Virus record (IMG/VR): IMGVR_UViG_3300009506_000006
Coordinates: 40,171-104,170 of that record
Length of the DNA: 64,000 nucleotides
Direction: 5' to 3' (one strand)
Source of the DNA: a virus
A program made the position numbers and the translations under genes. Below the pieces are notes generated by a model. That model was given only the letters and a program-made list of their open reading frames with translations. It made no database searches and was not told the origin of the DNA. Positions 17,611 to 25,340 of the stretch are shown piece by piece (positions within the stretch are counted from its first letter, which is position 1; the number at the start of each line of letters is the position of its first letter).

Positions 17611-17850
17611 TTATGCTGCCTTGCTAGACACAAATTTATCAATTGCAAAGCCTTTTTCCTCCAATTCGCAGGCGGTCAGTTCGAATGTCCGGTAGCTTTC
17701 CCCGCAAGTCTGGCAGCGCCGGGTGCGTCGAACCGCTTCGTTGAAGTTTGTGCCGATCATTTTGTGGTATCGCGAATCTGTAACAGTTGAGCTGCTGCTG
17801 CCGCAATGTGGACAGGTCAGTAGACACCGCAGACCGCCTTGGCTGCTCAT
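17611..17850 (-). CDS. NrdR-like zinc-ribbon protein lacking the ATP cone
   Basis: CPHCGSSSSTVTDSR...VRRTRRCQTCGESYRTFE matches the NrdR N-terminus. Confidence 0.8.
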   Translation of the reverse strand: MSSQGGLRCLLTCPHCGSSSSTVTDSRYHKMIGTNFNEAVRRTRRCQTCGESYRTFELTACELEEKGFAIDKFVSSKAA

Positions 17851-17982
17851 GGAGTCTCCCTTTTAGTTAGTTTGGCAAACCTACACGGACGCCCCATTGC
17901 GCCTCGCCTTCGATAACCAATTTAGACGTCGAGCTTATGGTTATCACCCCTCAACCCCCTCAGCTTGCCATTTTGTGCATTG

Positions 17983-18162
17983 CTAATAAATCCATATCCT
18001 TATGATATTATTTAAAAAATCATCCAAATAAAAACATTGGCATTGCGGACAATAATAAATGTCGCCAGTATGCTGCCCAGGTTGTGCTCGTTTTGTGGTT
18101 GTGTTTGATTCTGTTCTATCAACAGGATCACCCATATTATACGAACATTTTTCGCAATCCAT
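17983..18162 (-). CDS. Small zinc-ribbon protein (start MDCEKC)
   Basis: CEKC...CPQC; AAGGT RBS; upstream extension in the ORF track crosses the tRNA-like element. Confidence 0.55.
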   Translation of the reverse strand: MDCEKCSYNMGDPVDRTESNTTTKRAQPGQHTGDIYYCPQCQCFYLDDFLNNIIRIWIY

Positions 18163-18193
18163 ATTTTTTACCTTTGCCACAGGAGCAATTGTT

Positions 18194-18302
18194 TGCGCTC
18201 GGCAGGGATTTGCACCCTGCATGACTCTATTCTTTTGTCCGTGTAGGGGGTTAACCCGACTGTCAGCCACGGCGCTTCGTCTACCTATTCCGCCACGAGC
18301 GC
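18194..18302 (-). ncRNA. tRNA-like RNA with Leu-type D arm and enlarged, branched anticodon domain
   Basis: GCGCTCG/CGAGCGC acceptor, TGGCGGAATAGGTAGACG D arm, GCAGGG-TGCAAAT-CCCTGC T arm; about 57 nt in between; no encoded CCA. Confidence 0.6.
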
Positions 18303-18337
18303 AATTCTCAATTGGCACTTATTTTGCATGACCTACA

Positions 18338-18568
18338 TTTTGGTAAAATCATGGCAAAATTTTTAGCTTTAGATTTGTAACAGTCTGATTTCATTTTAGT
18401 TTTAATTGACGTTCCGCTTAACTCTTAATCAGTAGGTTGATGGTTCGATTCCATCACGGCCCACCAGATTTGCCAATAATTTCAAGACCTATATTACTTG
18501 TTGTCAAAACTGCAACACGCTAAATTTGACTGTTTTTGACGTTGTTTTGGTAAAAAAACGGCAAAGTT
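18338..18568 (+). mobile_element. attP: core = 3' half of tRNA-Lys(CTT) at 18421..18466, flanked by arm-type direct repeats
   Basis: ACTCTTAATCAGTAGGTTGATGGTTCGATTCCATCACGGCCCACCA with no 5' half; repeats TTTTGGTAAAA-N4-GGCAAA at 18338 and 18545. Confidence 0.85.
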
Positions 18569-18573
18569 GATTC

Positions 18574-18927
18574 TTAATCTGTCAATTCATCAATCAAATC
18601 GTTATACATATCCCATGTTTCAAGCGATGTTGGCAATCCTTTTTCTGTGATCAAATTTCCGTGGTAAGCTGCCATGAAAGCGTTAATCCCGTGTTTGCCG
18701 TAATGGTTTGGATTTTGCTCAGCTTGCTGAATGAATGCAATCGGATCATCGGTTTCAAGCAAAATTTCTCCACGAGGACCACAAGGAAGGCCGCTACTAG
18801 GTAATTCATAACAAGGATCACCGATTTTCCACCAGCATGTCTGAAGACCATAAACGAGGCGATTTGACCGCAACGCTAATTCTTTGACTGTTTCTAAACT
18901 GGTAAATTGAGTGAGTCTTAAAACCAA
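18574..18927 (-). CDS. Conserved phage hypothetical protein
   Basis: YGLQTCWW...GLPCGPRGEIL...YGKHGINAFMAAYHGN. Confidence 0.7.
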   Translation of the reverse strand: MVLRLTQFTSLETVKELALRSNRLVYGLQTCWWKIGDPCYELPSSGLPCGPRGEILLETDDPIAFIQQAEQNPNHYGKHGINAFMAAYHGNLITEKGLPTSLETWDMYNDLIDELTD

Positions 18928-18977
18928 TTAAATTTCCTTTCTTTATTGGTTTTTGAACAGGTATTTTGTTTCTCCTG

Positions 18978-19208
18978 TTATGGTTCAACAATTCTGAAGT
19001 GCTGATGAAAAATATGTTTGCTCATGGTAACGCCAGGTGTATCGTAGAATTGATCAGCTGGCATGGATTCACTTCTTGTAACGAAATAATCCCATAGTAA
19101 TCCGAGCGATAGTTCCTTAAAATATGACCGTTTATAGCAATAATACATGCGAGGCTGGTCACATTCTAACTGTACGCTTTCTATTGCGCGAATACAAATG
19201 ACTTTCAT
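18978..19208 (-). CDS. Paralog family B member 1
   Basis: MKVICIR...YY...FHQHFRIVE. Confidence 0.75.
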   Translation of the reverse strand: MKVICIRAIESVQLECDQPRMYYCYKRSYFKELSLGLLWDYFVTRSESMPADQFYDTPGVTMSKHIFHQHFRIVEP

Positions 19209-19477
19209 TTAAGCACCTTGAAAGACCTGTGGAATTCATCGTTTGTGAACCAAAGCGAGTTATCTTCATCATAGATAATGAAATAGAGCATATTGTCATT
19301 ATTTGTACAATCGTATAAACCGTAATATTGCTTCAATAAAGTCGGTTTTAACCATGGTTCTGTCATTGCCATTGCATTGAAGCATATTACCTTGATTGGC
19401 TTGAGTATCGTACCTTGCTTTGCATAATTTCTGATAATTTGATTTTGATATTTTTGTTCAGGACTTAAAATTTTCAT
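19205..19477 (-). CDS. Paralog family B member 2
   Basis: IKVICFN...YY...FHRSFKVLK. Confidence 0.75.
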   Translation of the reverse strand: MKILSPEQKYQNQIIRNYAKQGTILKPIKVICFNAMAMTEPWLKPTLLKQYYGLYDCTNNDNMLYFIIYDEDNSLWFTNDEFHRSFKVLK

Positions 19478-19698
19478 TACTCTACAATTTTGAAATGCTC
19501 TTTGAACAATGTTTCAGAGAGCAGCAGTCCTCTGTTTTGTATGATTTCGGTAAACGTCAATAACTCACTAACTTCGTGATCACATATAAAATACGCGAAT
19601 ACTGCACTGATGTGTTCTAATGTTGTTGCGTAATACATTTTGCAAAGCACGCATTTGAGAGCAGACGAACAGATGGATTTGATGCAGATGACTTTCAT
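19477..19698 (-). CDS. Paralog family B member 3
   Basis: MKVICIK...YY...FKEHFKIVE. Confidence 0.75.
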   Translation of the reverse strand: MKVICIKSICSSALKCVLCKMYYATTLEHISAVFAYFICDHEVSELLTFTEIIQNRGLLLSETLFKEHFKIVE

Positions 19699-19976
19699 TG
19701 AAGTGTTTTAAAATGATACTTAAATTGTTCTTTATGAATCCAAAAACCGTATGTTGGGGATTCAAAGAAAAAATAATAATCTTGTGGAATTTTATCAAAA
19801 TCCATACCATGACAGCATAAAATCCAATATTTTCGCAGTAAAGTGTATGGACTATCAGGCTTAATACAGATCACTTGTACAACTTCTGGTTTGTGCACGA
19901 GTATTGAATGAGAATATAAGTCTGATATTAGTTTTTTATAAATCGGATAGTCCTTGTATGGTTGATTCTCATTCAT
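19695..19976 (-). CDS. Paralog family B member 4
   Basis: VQVICIK...YW...FKYHFKTLQ. Confidence 0.75.
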   Translation of the reverse strand: MNENQPYKDYPIYKKLISDLYSHSILVHKPEVVQVICIKPDSPYTLLRKYWILCCHGMDFDKIPQDYYFFFESPTYGFWIHKEQFKYHFKTLQ

Positions 19977-20664
19977 AATCTGAGCAGTCTTTGATCCATT
20001 GTTCCCAGATATTTTCTTCTTGTGGTATAATCTGAAAGCCCAACTCTTTAATTTTTGTCAGCATTCGTTTAGCTGCATTTGAATTATGGTCGTTGTAATG
20101 GATAACTTCGTATGGCGACATGTCGATCATAAAATCTGTTAAATCTGAAGCAAACTCAACAACTTGGTCAAAACTTTTTCCGGAAAGGTTGACTTCGTAT
20201 TGTTTAACTTTGATGAATTCTTTTGCAGTCTTGATTCTTCCGGCATTGAATAACTCTCTGAGTCGATCAGTGTCCATTTGCCCATTAATATACCGCGACC
20301 TCCCGTAGTCTCGCTCATAGGCAATTGCGGCACCGTAAATTTTTCCGATACCGGCGTATCCTTGATATTCCAGAATGATATTTTTTTGCATGTCGATTAC
20401 GATCAAGCCGTATTCAACTGGCGCCAGATACGGATGGCCGGCATAGACTGGTGTCATATTAAATTCGAACTGCCGATCGTGCTGGTGTTGTTGCCAATCT
20501 TGACGCATATCATACCAGCGTCCCAGGTATTCATTGAGATGCTCCAGATCTTTTTCGATTAACTTGATATTGTTGATAAACCATGGAATTGGATTGGTCC
20601 AGCGTGACATGCGGTGTTCCATCCCATTTTCTTCGCGAATAGTAACGCCGATATTTCCACCCAT
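19969..20664 (-). CDS. Phage hypothetical protein
   Basis: 231-aa ORF with GGAGG RBS. Confidence 0.75.
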   Translation of the reverse strand: MGGNIGVTIREENGMEHRMSRWTNPIPWFINNIKLIEKDLEHLNEYLGRWYDMRQDWQQHQHDRQFEFNMTPVYAGHPYLAPVEYGLIVIDMQKNIILEYQGYAGIGKIYGAAIAYERDYGRSRYINGQMDTDRLRELFNAGRIKTAKEFIKVKQYEVNLSGKSFDQVVEFASDLTDFMIDMSPYEVIHYNDHNSNAAKRMLTKIKELGFQIIPQEENIWEQWIKDCSDYE

Positions 20665-20683
20665 TATTTAACCTCCATTCATT

Positions 20684-20887
20684 TTATTGCGTTGTCTTAG
20701 GTAAAACATATTTTCCGTTTTCTTTTTTGATTACATTTTCTTTGACTAGAAACTCTAAGAACTCGATTATAATGGCTTCATCGCTTGAAGAATCCTTTGG
20801 ATGTCTTTTGCGGAAGTCGTTAACAATGTTGCTAAGAATGAATTTCCAATGCAACGCCCATGCGACATAATCTATTTCTTGTTTTTT
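20684..20887 (-). CDS. Hypothetical protein (likely start MNEKKQE)
   Basis: C-terminal part of ORF 20684..20995; ATGA overlap with the SRAP gene. Confidence 0.5.
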   Translation of the reverse strand, partial: KKQEIDYVAWALHWKFILSNIVNDFRKRHPKDSSSDEAIIIEFLEFLVKENVIKKENGKYVLPKTTQ

Positions 20888-20888
20888 T

Positions 20889-21326
20889 TCATTCATATTT
20901 TCCACCTGTACGCTCATTGAGCTTCTCGACATATTGTTCCCGATTCCAACTGCTCGGCACTTGACTCGGCATTCGTGGATGCACAGCTTGTTCATCCGGA
21001 GTACGCGCCGGCCGGGTCAGAATTTTAAAGCTGCCATCGATGCCAACCAATCCTGCCAACCGGCTGGCACGAAATACATGCTCACGGCCGTCTTTATGCC
21101 TCTCGGTAAATCTGTCGGATTTGATAATGACCGGAGTCCATTTGGATGGCGGCCACTGCTGCGCCAGGGTTTTGCGACCGTCTCGAGATCCGTCCGTGCG
21201 CGCAAAGCCGTTCCATTCATATGATCCTTTACCGTAGGGATCTTGTCCTTCAAAATTACTGGCATGTACTTGGGCTCCGATTGAAACCCAGAAACCTAAT
21301 CCTTCAAGTCTGAGTGATCCACACAT
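20889..21326 (-). CDS. Minimal SRAP (SOS response-associated peptidase/HMCES-like) protein
   Basis: N-terminal MCG, F.ER, ILTRPA...VHPRMP. Confidence 0.75.
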   Translation of the reverse strand: MCGSLRLEGLGFWVSIGAQVHASNFEGQDPYGKGSYEWNGFARTDGSRDGRKTLAQQWPPSKWTPVIIKSDRFTERHKDGREHVFRASRLAGLVGIDGSFKILTRPARTPDEQAVHPRMPSQVPSSWNREQYVEKLNERTGGKYE

Positions 21327-21601
21327 TCTACCACCTCCAAAATTTTAAATCTTTTGTTAAAATCAGGTGCATTAAACCATTGATACTTTTCCGGATTATA
21401 GAGTAGTACAGCATATGGAACGCATTCGTCTCCGCTATCCTCTATACAATAATAAGTATGTATCATACTGAAATTCTGACACGATTTGACGCAGATAACA
21501 CGCATAACTCTGAAGTGTCTGTGGCTTTTTTCGTCCATATCTCTAAAAAGTTTATATATTCGAGTGTTTTTGTAATCATGAGCATCTTGTTCATAGTTCA
21601 T
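21296..21601 (-). CDS. Paralog family B member 5
   Basis: MRVICVK...YY...FNKRFKILE. Confidence 0.7.
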   Translation of the reverse strand: MNYEQDAHDYKNTRIYKLFRDMDEKSHRHFRVMRVICVKSCQNFSMIHTYYCIEDSGDECVPYAVLLYNPEKYQWFNAPDFNKRFKILEVVECVDHSDLKD

Positions 21602-21652
21602 AATTATACCTTAAGAAAGAACAAGGAGCTTCTCTTTTTTGCTAAACAAAAC

Positions 21653-21680
21653 GGGGGAGCCGGATGATTCCAACTCCCCC
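21653..21680 (-). terminator. Intrinsic terminator
   Basis: GGGGGAGTTGGA-ATCA-TCCGGCTCCCCC then GTTTTGTTT. Confidence 0.7.
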
Positions 21681-21682
21681 GA

Positions 21683-21711
21683 GTCTTACTTCAGGCGAGA
21701 TAATTTGTCAA
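21683..21711 (-). promoter_or_regulatory. Promoter with imperfect operator, driving the accessory block
   Basis: TTGACA-17-TAAGAC; TCTTAC-TTCAG-GCGAGA; flank TTTGTCAAGTTTTTTTTGACA identical to the one at the cro promoter. Confidence 0.7.
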
Positions 21712-21727
21712 GTTTTTTTTGACATTA

Positions 21728-22234
21728 TTAAATCTTGTTCATTTGCTTTAGCCCGATCAATGAAAGCTTGTGGACGCTGTTATACAGATCGTCTAAGCTC
21801 ATTAATGTCAACGTTTTGTCCACCGATCCTTGCAGTTGAATATCATTTTCAAACACAAGGAAGTTGTTCGACAATATCAACAATGTCATACCGGCTTGCT
21901 TGTTGAACTCTGCAACTTTAAGTATGATAGCGCTTTGAAGATCCGACATACTGAGTCCGGCTTCCACGGTGCTTCGAATACGTACATACCATGCGTCGAA
22001 TTCAGACAAATATTTTTCACCAGCCCAGATCATGGGTAATTGAGCCGCGGTAACGAAGGCTTTCTGGGCAACACACGGGTTTGCGATCTTAGCTGCAATG
22101 ATGCTGTTCTCCGATGTGGCTCCAACCTGTTCGTAGACGTCACAGGGCTGGCTTGTAACCGGCGCGATCTGTAGCATAGAGCCGCAGCCGACAAGCATAA
22201 ACAAACTCAATAGAGAAACAATAATTTTTTTCAT
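21728..22234 (-). CDS. Lipoprotein
   Basis: MKKIIVSLLSLFMLVGC lipobox. Confidence 0.75.
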   Translation of the reverse strand: MKKIIVSLLSLFMLVGCGSMLQIAPVTSQPCDVYEQVGATSENSIIAAKIANPCVAQKAFVTAAQLPMIWAGEKYLSEFDAWYVRIRSTVEAGLSMSDLQSAIILKVAEFNKQAGMTLLILSNNFLVFENDIQLQGSVDKTLTLMSLDDLYNSVHKLSLIGLKQMNKI

Positions 22235-22267
22235 TTTTTCATTCCTTTCTTCTTTTTCTTTTTGCTT

Positions 22268-22534
22268 TTACTTTTGCAAGCCATGCTGTACCTCCCGTGC
22301 TTTTCTGCGTAGATTTTTGCTTACATTATATTGATTGTCACATACGCGGCATAGATGGCTCAAACCATCGTACCGTGACTTATTTTTATTGAATTCCTTA
22401 ATCGACAACGTGCGTCGGCAGCAGTAACAGAATTTTACCAGCTCCAACCCTGTGATGTCTCTTTCGTCTATCTCTATCGATCGACCAAGCGAGACACCAT
22501 GGCAGCATGATATGTGCGTGCCTGATGACTCCAA
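22268..22534 (-). CDS. Small Zn-finger protein of the type found N-terminal to HNH nucleases
   Basis: CYCCRRTLSIKEFNKNKSRYDGLSHLCRVC. Confidence 0.6.
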   Translation of the reverse strand: MESSGTHISCCHGVSLGRSIEIDERDITGLELVKFCYCCRRTLSIKEFNKNKSRYDGLSHLCRVCDNQYNVSKNLRRKAREVQHGLQK

Positions 22535-23277
22535 CCTTCTTCCTCGGTTTCACCGATGATTAAACGAATAACTCCAATATCGATGGATCCGTCACATTCC
22601 TCATCGCCATATTTGTCGCCGTATGCTTTCCAGCCTGGCAACGTCATGACAGAGCCCCAGCTATTTTGTGCAAACAGGTAATAGTGCACATGACCCCAGA
22701 TTAACAAATCAGCCCACTTGGCACCGGTTTTTTCGTAATGCGCTTTGAGCGCTTTGTTGAGTACTTCCCACATCAGTGATCTTAGCGGGCCTGTCGCGCG
22801 CCCGTGTGGTATGATCGAGCGACTGACTTTGTGTCGACCTTGCATATGAAACCAGCCGTTGATTCTAGTGTTTAACTTGCGCAGGATTGTGACCTGTACA
22901 TTTTCGTTCCATATTTCACGGTGTTTTTCCCGGATCATGGATGCTGCGAATTCTTCGAGCTGCTGTTCTTGGAGGTGCGTGTGGATGCGTGTGCCTGTAA
23001 GCAAAATATATTCACGTACGGCGCCCCACATGACAAGAGATGTTACAGATTTTTCATATTGGCTGACCAGGCGTGAATCGTCGATATCGAGCTTGATGTT
23101 GACCCCTTCGCTGATGTCTCCAAGATGCACGACAACATCTGGACGCTTTCCAAACCAACCAATACAATCAATCCAGGTTTCGAAGATTCTCTTTTGGATG
23201 GGATTTTGAGGATATGGTGTAAGACCAACCGGGCTTCCACAGTGTGTGTCGGAGATCAACGCCCAGGTCTGAGACAT
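22474..23277 (-). CDS. Calcineurin-like metallophosphoesterase (likely start MSQTW)
   Basis: ISDTHCG, HLGD, GRH, WGHVH motifs. Confidence 0.8.
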   Translation of the reverse strand: MSQTWALISDTHCGSPVGLTPYPQNPIQKRIFETWIDCIGWFGKRPDVVVHLGDISEGVNIKLDIDDSRLVSQYEKSVTSLVMWGAVREYILLTGTRIHTHLQEQQLEEFAASMIREKHREIWNENVQVTILRKLNTRINGWFHMQGRHKVSRSIIPHGRATGPLRSLMWEVLNKALKAHYEKTGAKWADLLIWGHVHYYLFAQNSWGSVMTLPGWKAYGDKYGDEECDGSIDIGVIRLIIGETEEEGWSHQARTYHAAMVSRLVDR

Positions 23278-23278
23278 G

Positions 23279-23482
23279 TCATTGTCCCTTTTTGGCCATA
23301 CCGCGCGAGATCGAATATCCGAAAGCGCTGGCCACCATGGCGACAACACCGCCGATTTGTGTTACAGCTCGTGTGACTGAATCGGCCTTTTCCGGCGTCA
23401 ACACATCGGTTGTAGCCAGAATACCGATAATTTGAATGGCGACAGTTACCCAAAATTCAGTAGTACGATATCCGGGGCGCAT
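23279..23482 (-). CDS. Putative holin
   Basis: MRPGYRTTEFW + two TM helices + basic tail. Confidence 0.7.
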   Translation of the reverse strand: MRPGYRTTEFWVTVAIQIIGILATTDVLTPEKADSVTRAVTQIGGVVAMVASAFGYSISRGMAKKGQ

Positions 23483-23484
23483 AG

Positions 23485-23865
23485 CTAATCTTTCCTCATG
23501 TTATTCATGTGTTTGATTAGTTGAATTTGTTCTTGACGCAACGACTTGATTTCTTCAAGAATAGCAGTTGTGCGGGTTTCCTGCTTTTGTGATATTTGGA
23601 CTGTAGTTGATACCTGCGTGAGCTCTTTACCGATGCCTTCCAGCTTGTCGGACATTTTACTCATGTAATGCCAATTAAAAATGACTAATCCGATTAGGAT
23701 GGGTGCAATGACACTGACGAACCATGTGGCATTGCGAGTTGAAACAGAACGACTTTCGTTTTGAGTTTGCCGCTGTGAGAGATCCTTGACCGTGGATTCA
23801 CAATCATCCAACCGCTTCTTGCATATTGGATGATAGTCGCAGTAGTCCTGTTGTGTGTGTTCCAT
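23485..23865 (-). CDS. Single-TM coiled-coil protein (lysis-cassette type)
   Basis: One central TM (WFVSVIAPILIGLVIF) flanked by coiled coils; adjacent to holin. Confidence 0.65.
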   Translation of the reverse strand: MEHTQQDYCDYHPICKKRLDDCESTVKDLSQRQTQNESRSVSTRNATWFVSVIAPILIGLVIFNWHYMSKMSDKLEGIGKELTQVSTTVQISQKQETRTTAILEEIKSLRQEQIQLIKHMNNMRKD

Positions 23866-23927
23866 GCCGATTCAAACCCCTTAACGCTCCCGATTGTGTT
23901 TGATGCAGTCACGCTCCCATGTCCAAT

Positions 23928-23956
23928 ATCTTACTCTCAGTAAGATTGTTTGTCAA
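23928..23956 (-). promoter_or_regulatory. Promoter with perfect operator upstream of the holin cassette
   Basis: TTGACA-17-TAAGAT; TCTTAC-TCTCA-GTAAGA at 23929..23945. Confidence 0.75.
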
Positions 23957-23965
23957 ATTAAAAGC

Positions 23966-25177
23966 TTACTGGCGCAATGCGGTAACTGGATTCGCATATG
24001 TCAGCGGAACTTCACGAAACGCATTCGAATCAATCCAGTTGAGATCAATCGATATGTTGCGGTTGCCTCTGGCTAAATATTCCGGACTGCGTATAAAGCC
24101 AAAATACACATCGCTTGGCCTGATGCCGGCTGTCAAATAATTGCTCCAGTGTTCCAACCCGCCGCTGTCGGGTTCCCGTCCAAGCAAGTAGCGGTACAAT
24201 ATAGTTGGGAAATCTGTAACAAATTTAAATCTGGCGGATCTTTGGGCGGTCAGATCGATGTAATAATTTCCATATTCGTAAGATCTGGCAATGTCACTGC
24301 CTTCATGCCATTCATTCCAAGTTTCTACCAGAACGATATTGCAGTTGCTGATCTTCGACCAGTTGCGTCGATACCATTCTCCGCCTTGTCGATTTACATA
24401 CCCGCGTATTGGTCTTTGCGTTGCCCGATCATCATAACCTGGACTGACAGAACAGACATCATTGATATAATAACCAGGATTTGCAGTATCAAATCGATAA
24501 TTCATATCTGCAGTAAACGGACTATTGTCGTCGGCTATAATCCAGGGACTGATTCCAAATTCATTTTGGAAGCATGTCTTGATATGTTGGATGAACGCAT
24601 CATTTGCAGTCTGCATATGAGCAGGATGATAAAATATGATCAGTGGCTTGCCATCGATAAGCATCCAACACCGACGTGGAACATAGTTAAAAAATTCCTG
24701 GATTTCACGCCAGACGAGGTACCACTCCTTTTCATTGGATAAATCGCGACCTATCATGATCGATGTGTCATAAAACATTCCGACTTTAGGTGTTGGGCCT
24801 GTTCGTTCAATGAGTACCTGGCGTAGTTTAGCCATGCCTACATGAGACCAATCGAAATTATCCCAAGCCTTACCCCACCACACCGGCAGGATGAAATCAA
24901 TATTGGCTAAGACGACCTGATCAAGCATGTCGTTCCACCATTCAGCGGATGCATATGAAAATTGTGGATAATCCAAATAATCCTGTCCGGTCCAGGTCCA
25001 ATAGTGTGTGGTGCAAGCATCGGATCCGTCGCTGTTCCAGATGTGCTCATTCGAATCTTTATACCAGTAGAACAGATATGTCCCAACCGATCTGGTTTCT
25101 ACGGCTGCAGCGTTAGTTAACAGAATGGAACTGATCAGTAGGATTGCTATCAGGCTTACTTTTTTCATGTTCGTCAA
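23966..25177 (-). CDS. Exported GH99-like glycoside hydrolase with C-terminal DUF4214-like domain
   Basis: Signal peptide; YLFYWY, IDFILPVWWG, VETWNEWHEGS; LYRYLLGREPDSGGLEHW...FIRSPEY. Confidence 0.7.
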   Translation of the reverse strand: MTNMKKVSLIAILLISSILLTNAAAVETRSVGTYLFYWYKDSNEHIWNSDGSDACTTHYWTWTGQDYLDYPQFSYASAEWWNDMLDQVVLANIDFILPVWWGKAWDNFDWSHVGMAKLRQVLIERTGPTPKVGMFYDTSIMIGRDLSNEKEWYLVWREIQEFFNYVPRRCWMLIDGKPLIIFYHPAHMQTANDAFIQHIKTCFQNEFGISPWIIADDNSPFTADMNYRFDTANPGYYINDVCSVSPGYDDRATQRPIRGYVNRQGGEWYRRNWSKISNCNIVLVETWNEWHEGSDIARSYEYGNYYIDLTAQRSARFKFVTDFPTILYRYLLGREPDSGGLEHWSNYLTAGIRPSDVYFGFIRSPEYLARGNRNISIDLNWIDSNAFREVPLTYANPVTALRQ

Positions 25178-25340
25178 CCTGCTTTCTTAGATCTTCGATT
25201 TGTTGTTGAAGCTGAACAATTTCGTTTTCTTTCTGTTGCAATTTTAATAGCTGCTCCTGGATGACCTCATTTAGGTAAGCGTAGCGCCCGATAATTTCAA
25301 ACGCTTTTTTGATATCGAATTGTATTTGAGATTGTTCCAT
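25113..25340 (-). CDS. Small coiled-coil protein
   Basis: Heptad-rich 75 aa immediately after the tail tip gene. Confidence 0.6.
   Translation of the reverse strand: MEQSQIQFDIKKAFEIIGRYAYLNEVIQEQLLKLQQKENEIVQLQQQIEDLRKQVDEHEKSKPDSNPTDQFHSVN

Noticed and set aside
18163-18318. N-terminal extension of ORF 17983..18318
   Set aside because: It is a translation of the tRNA-like RNA; a better start with RBS lies at 18162
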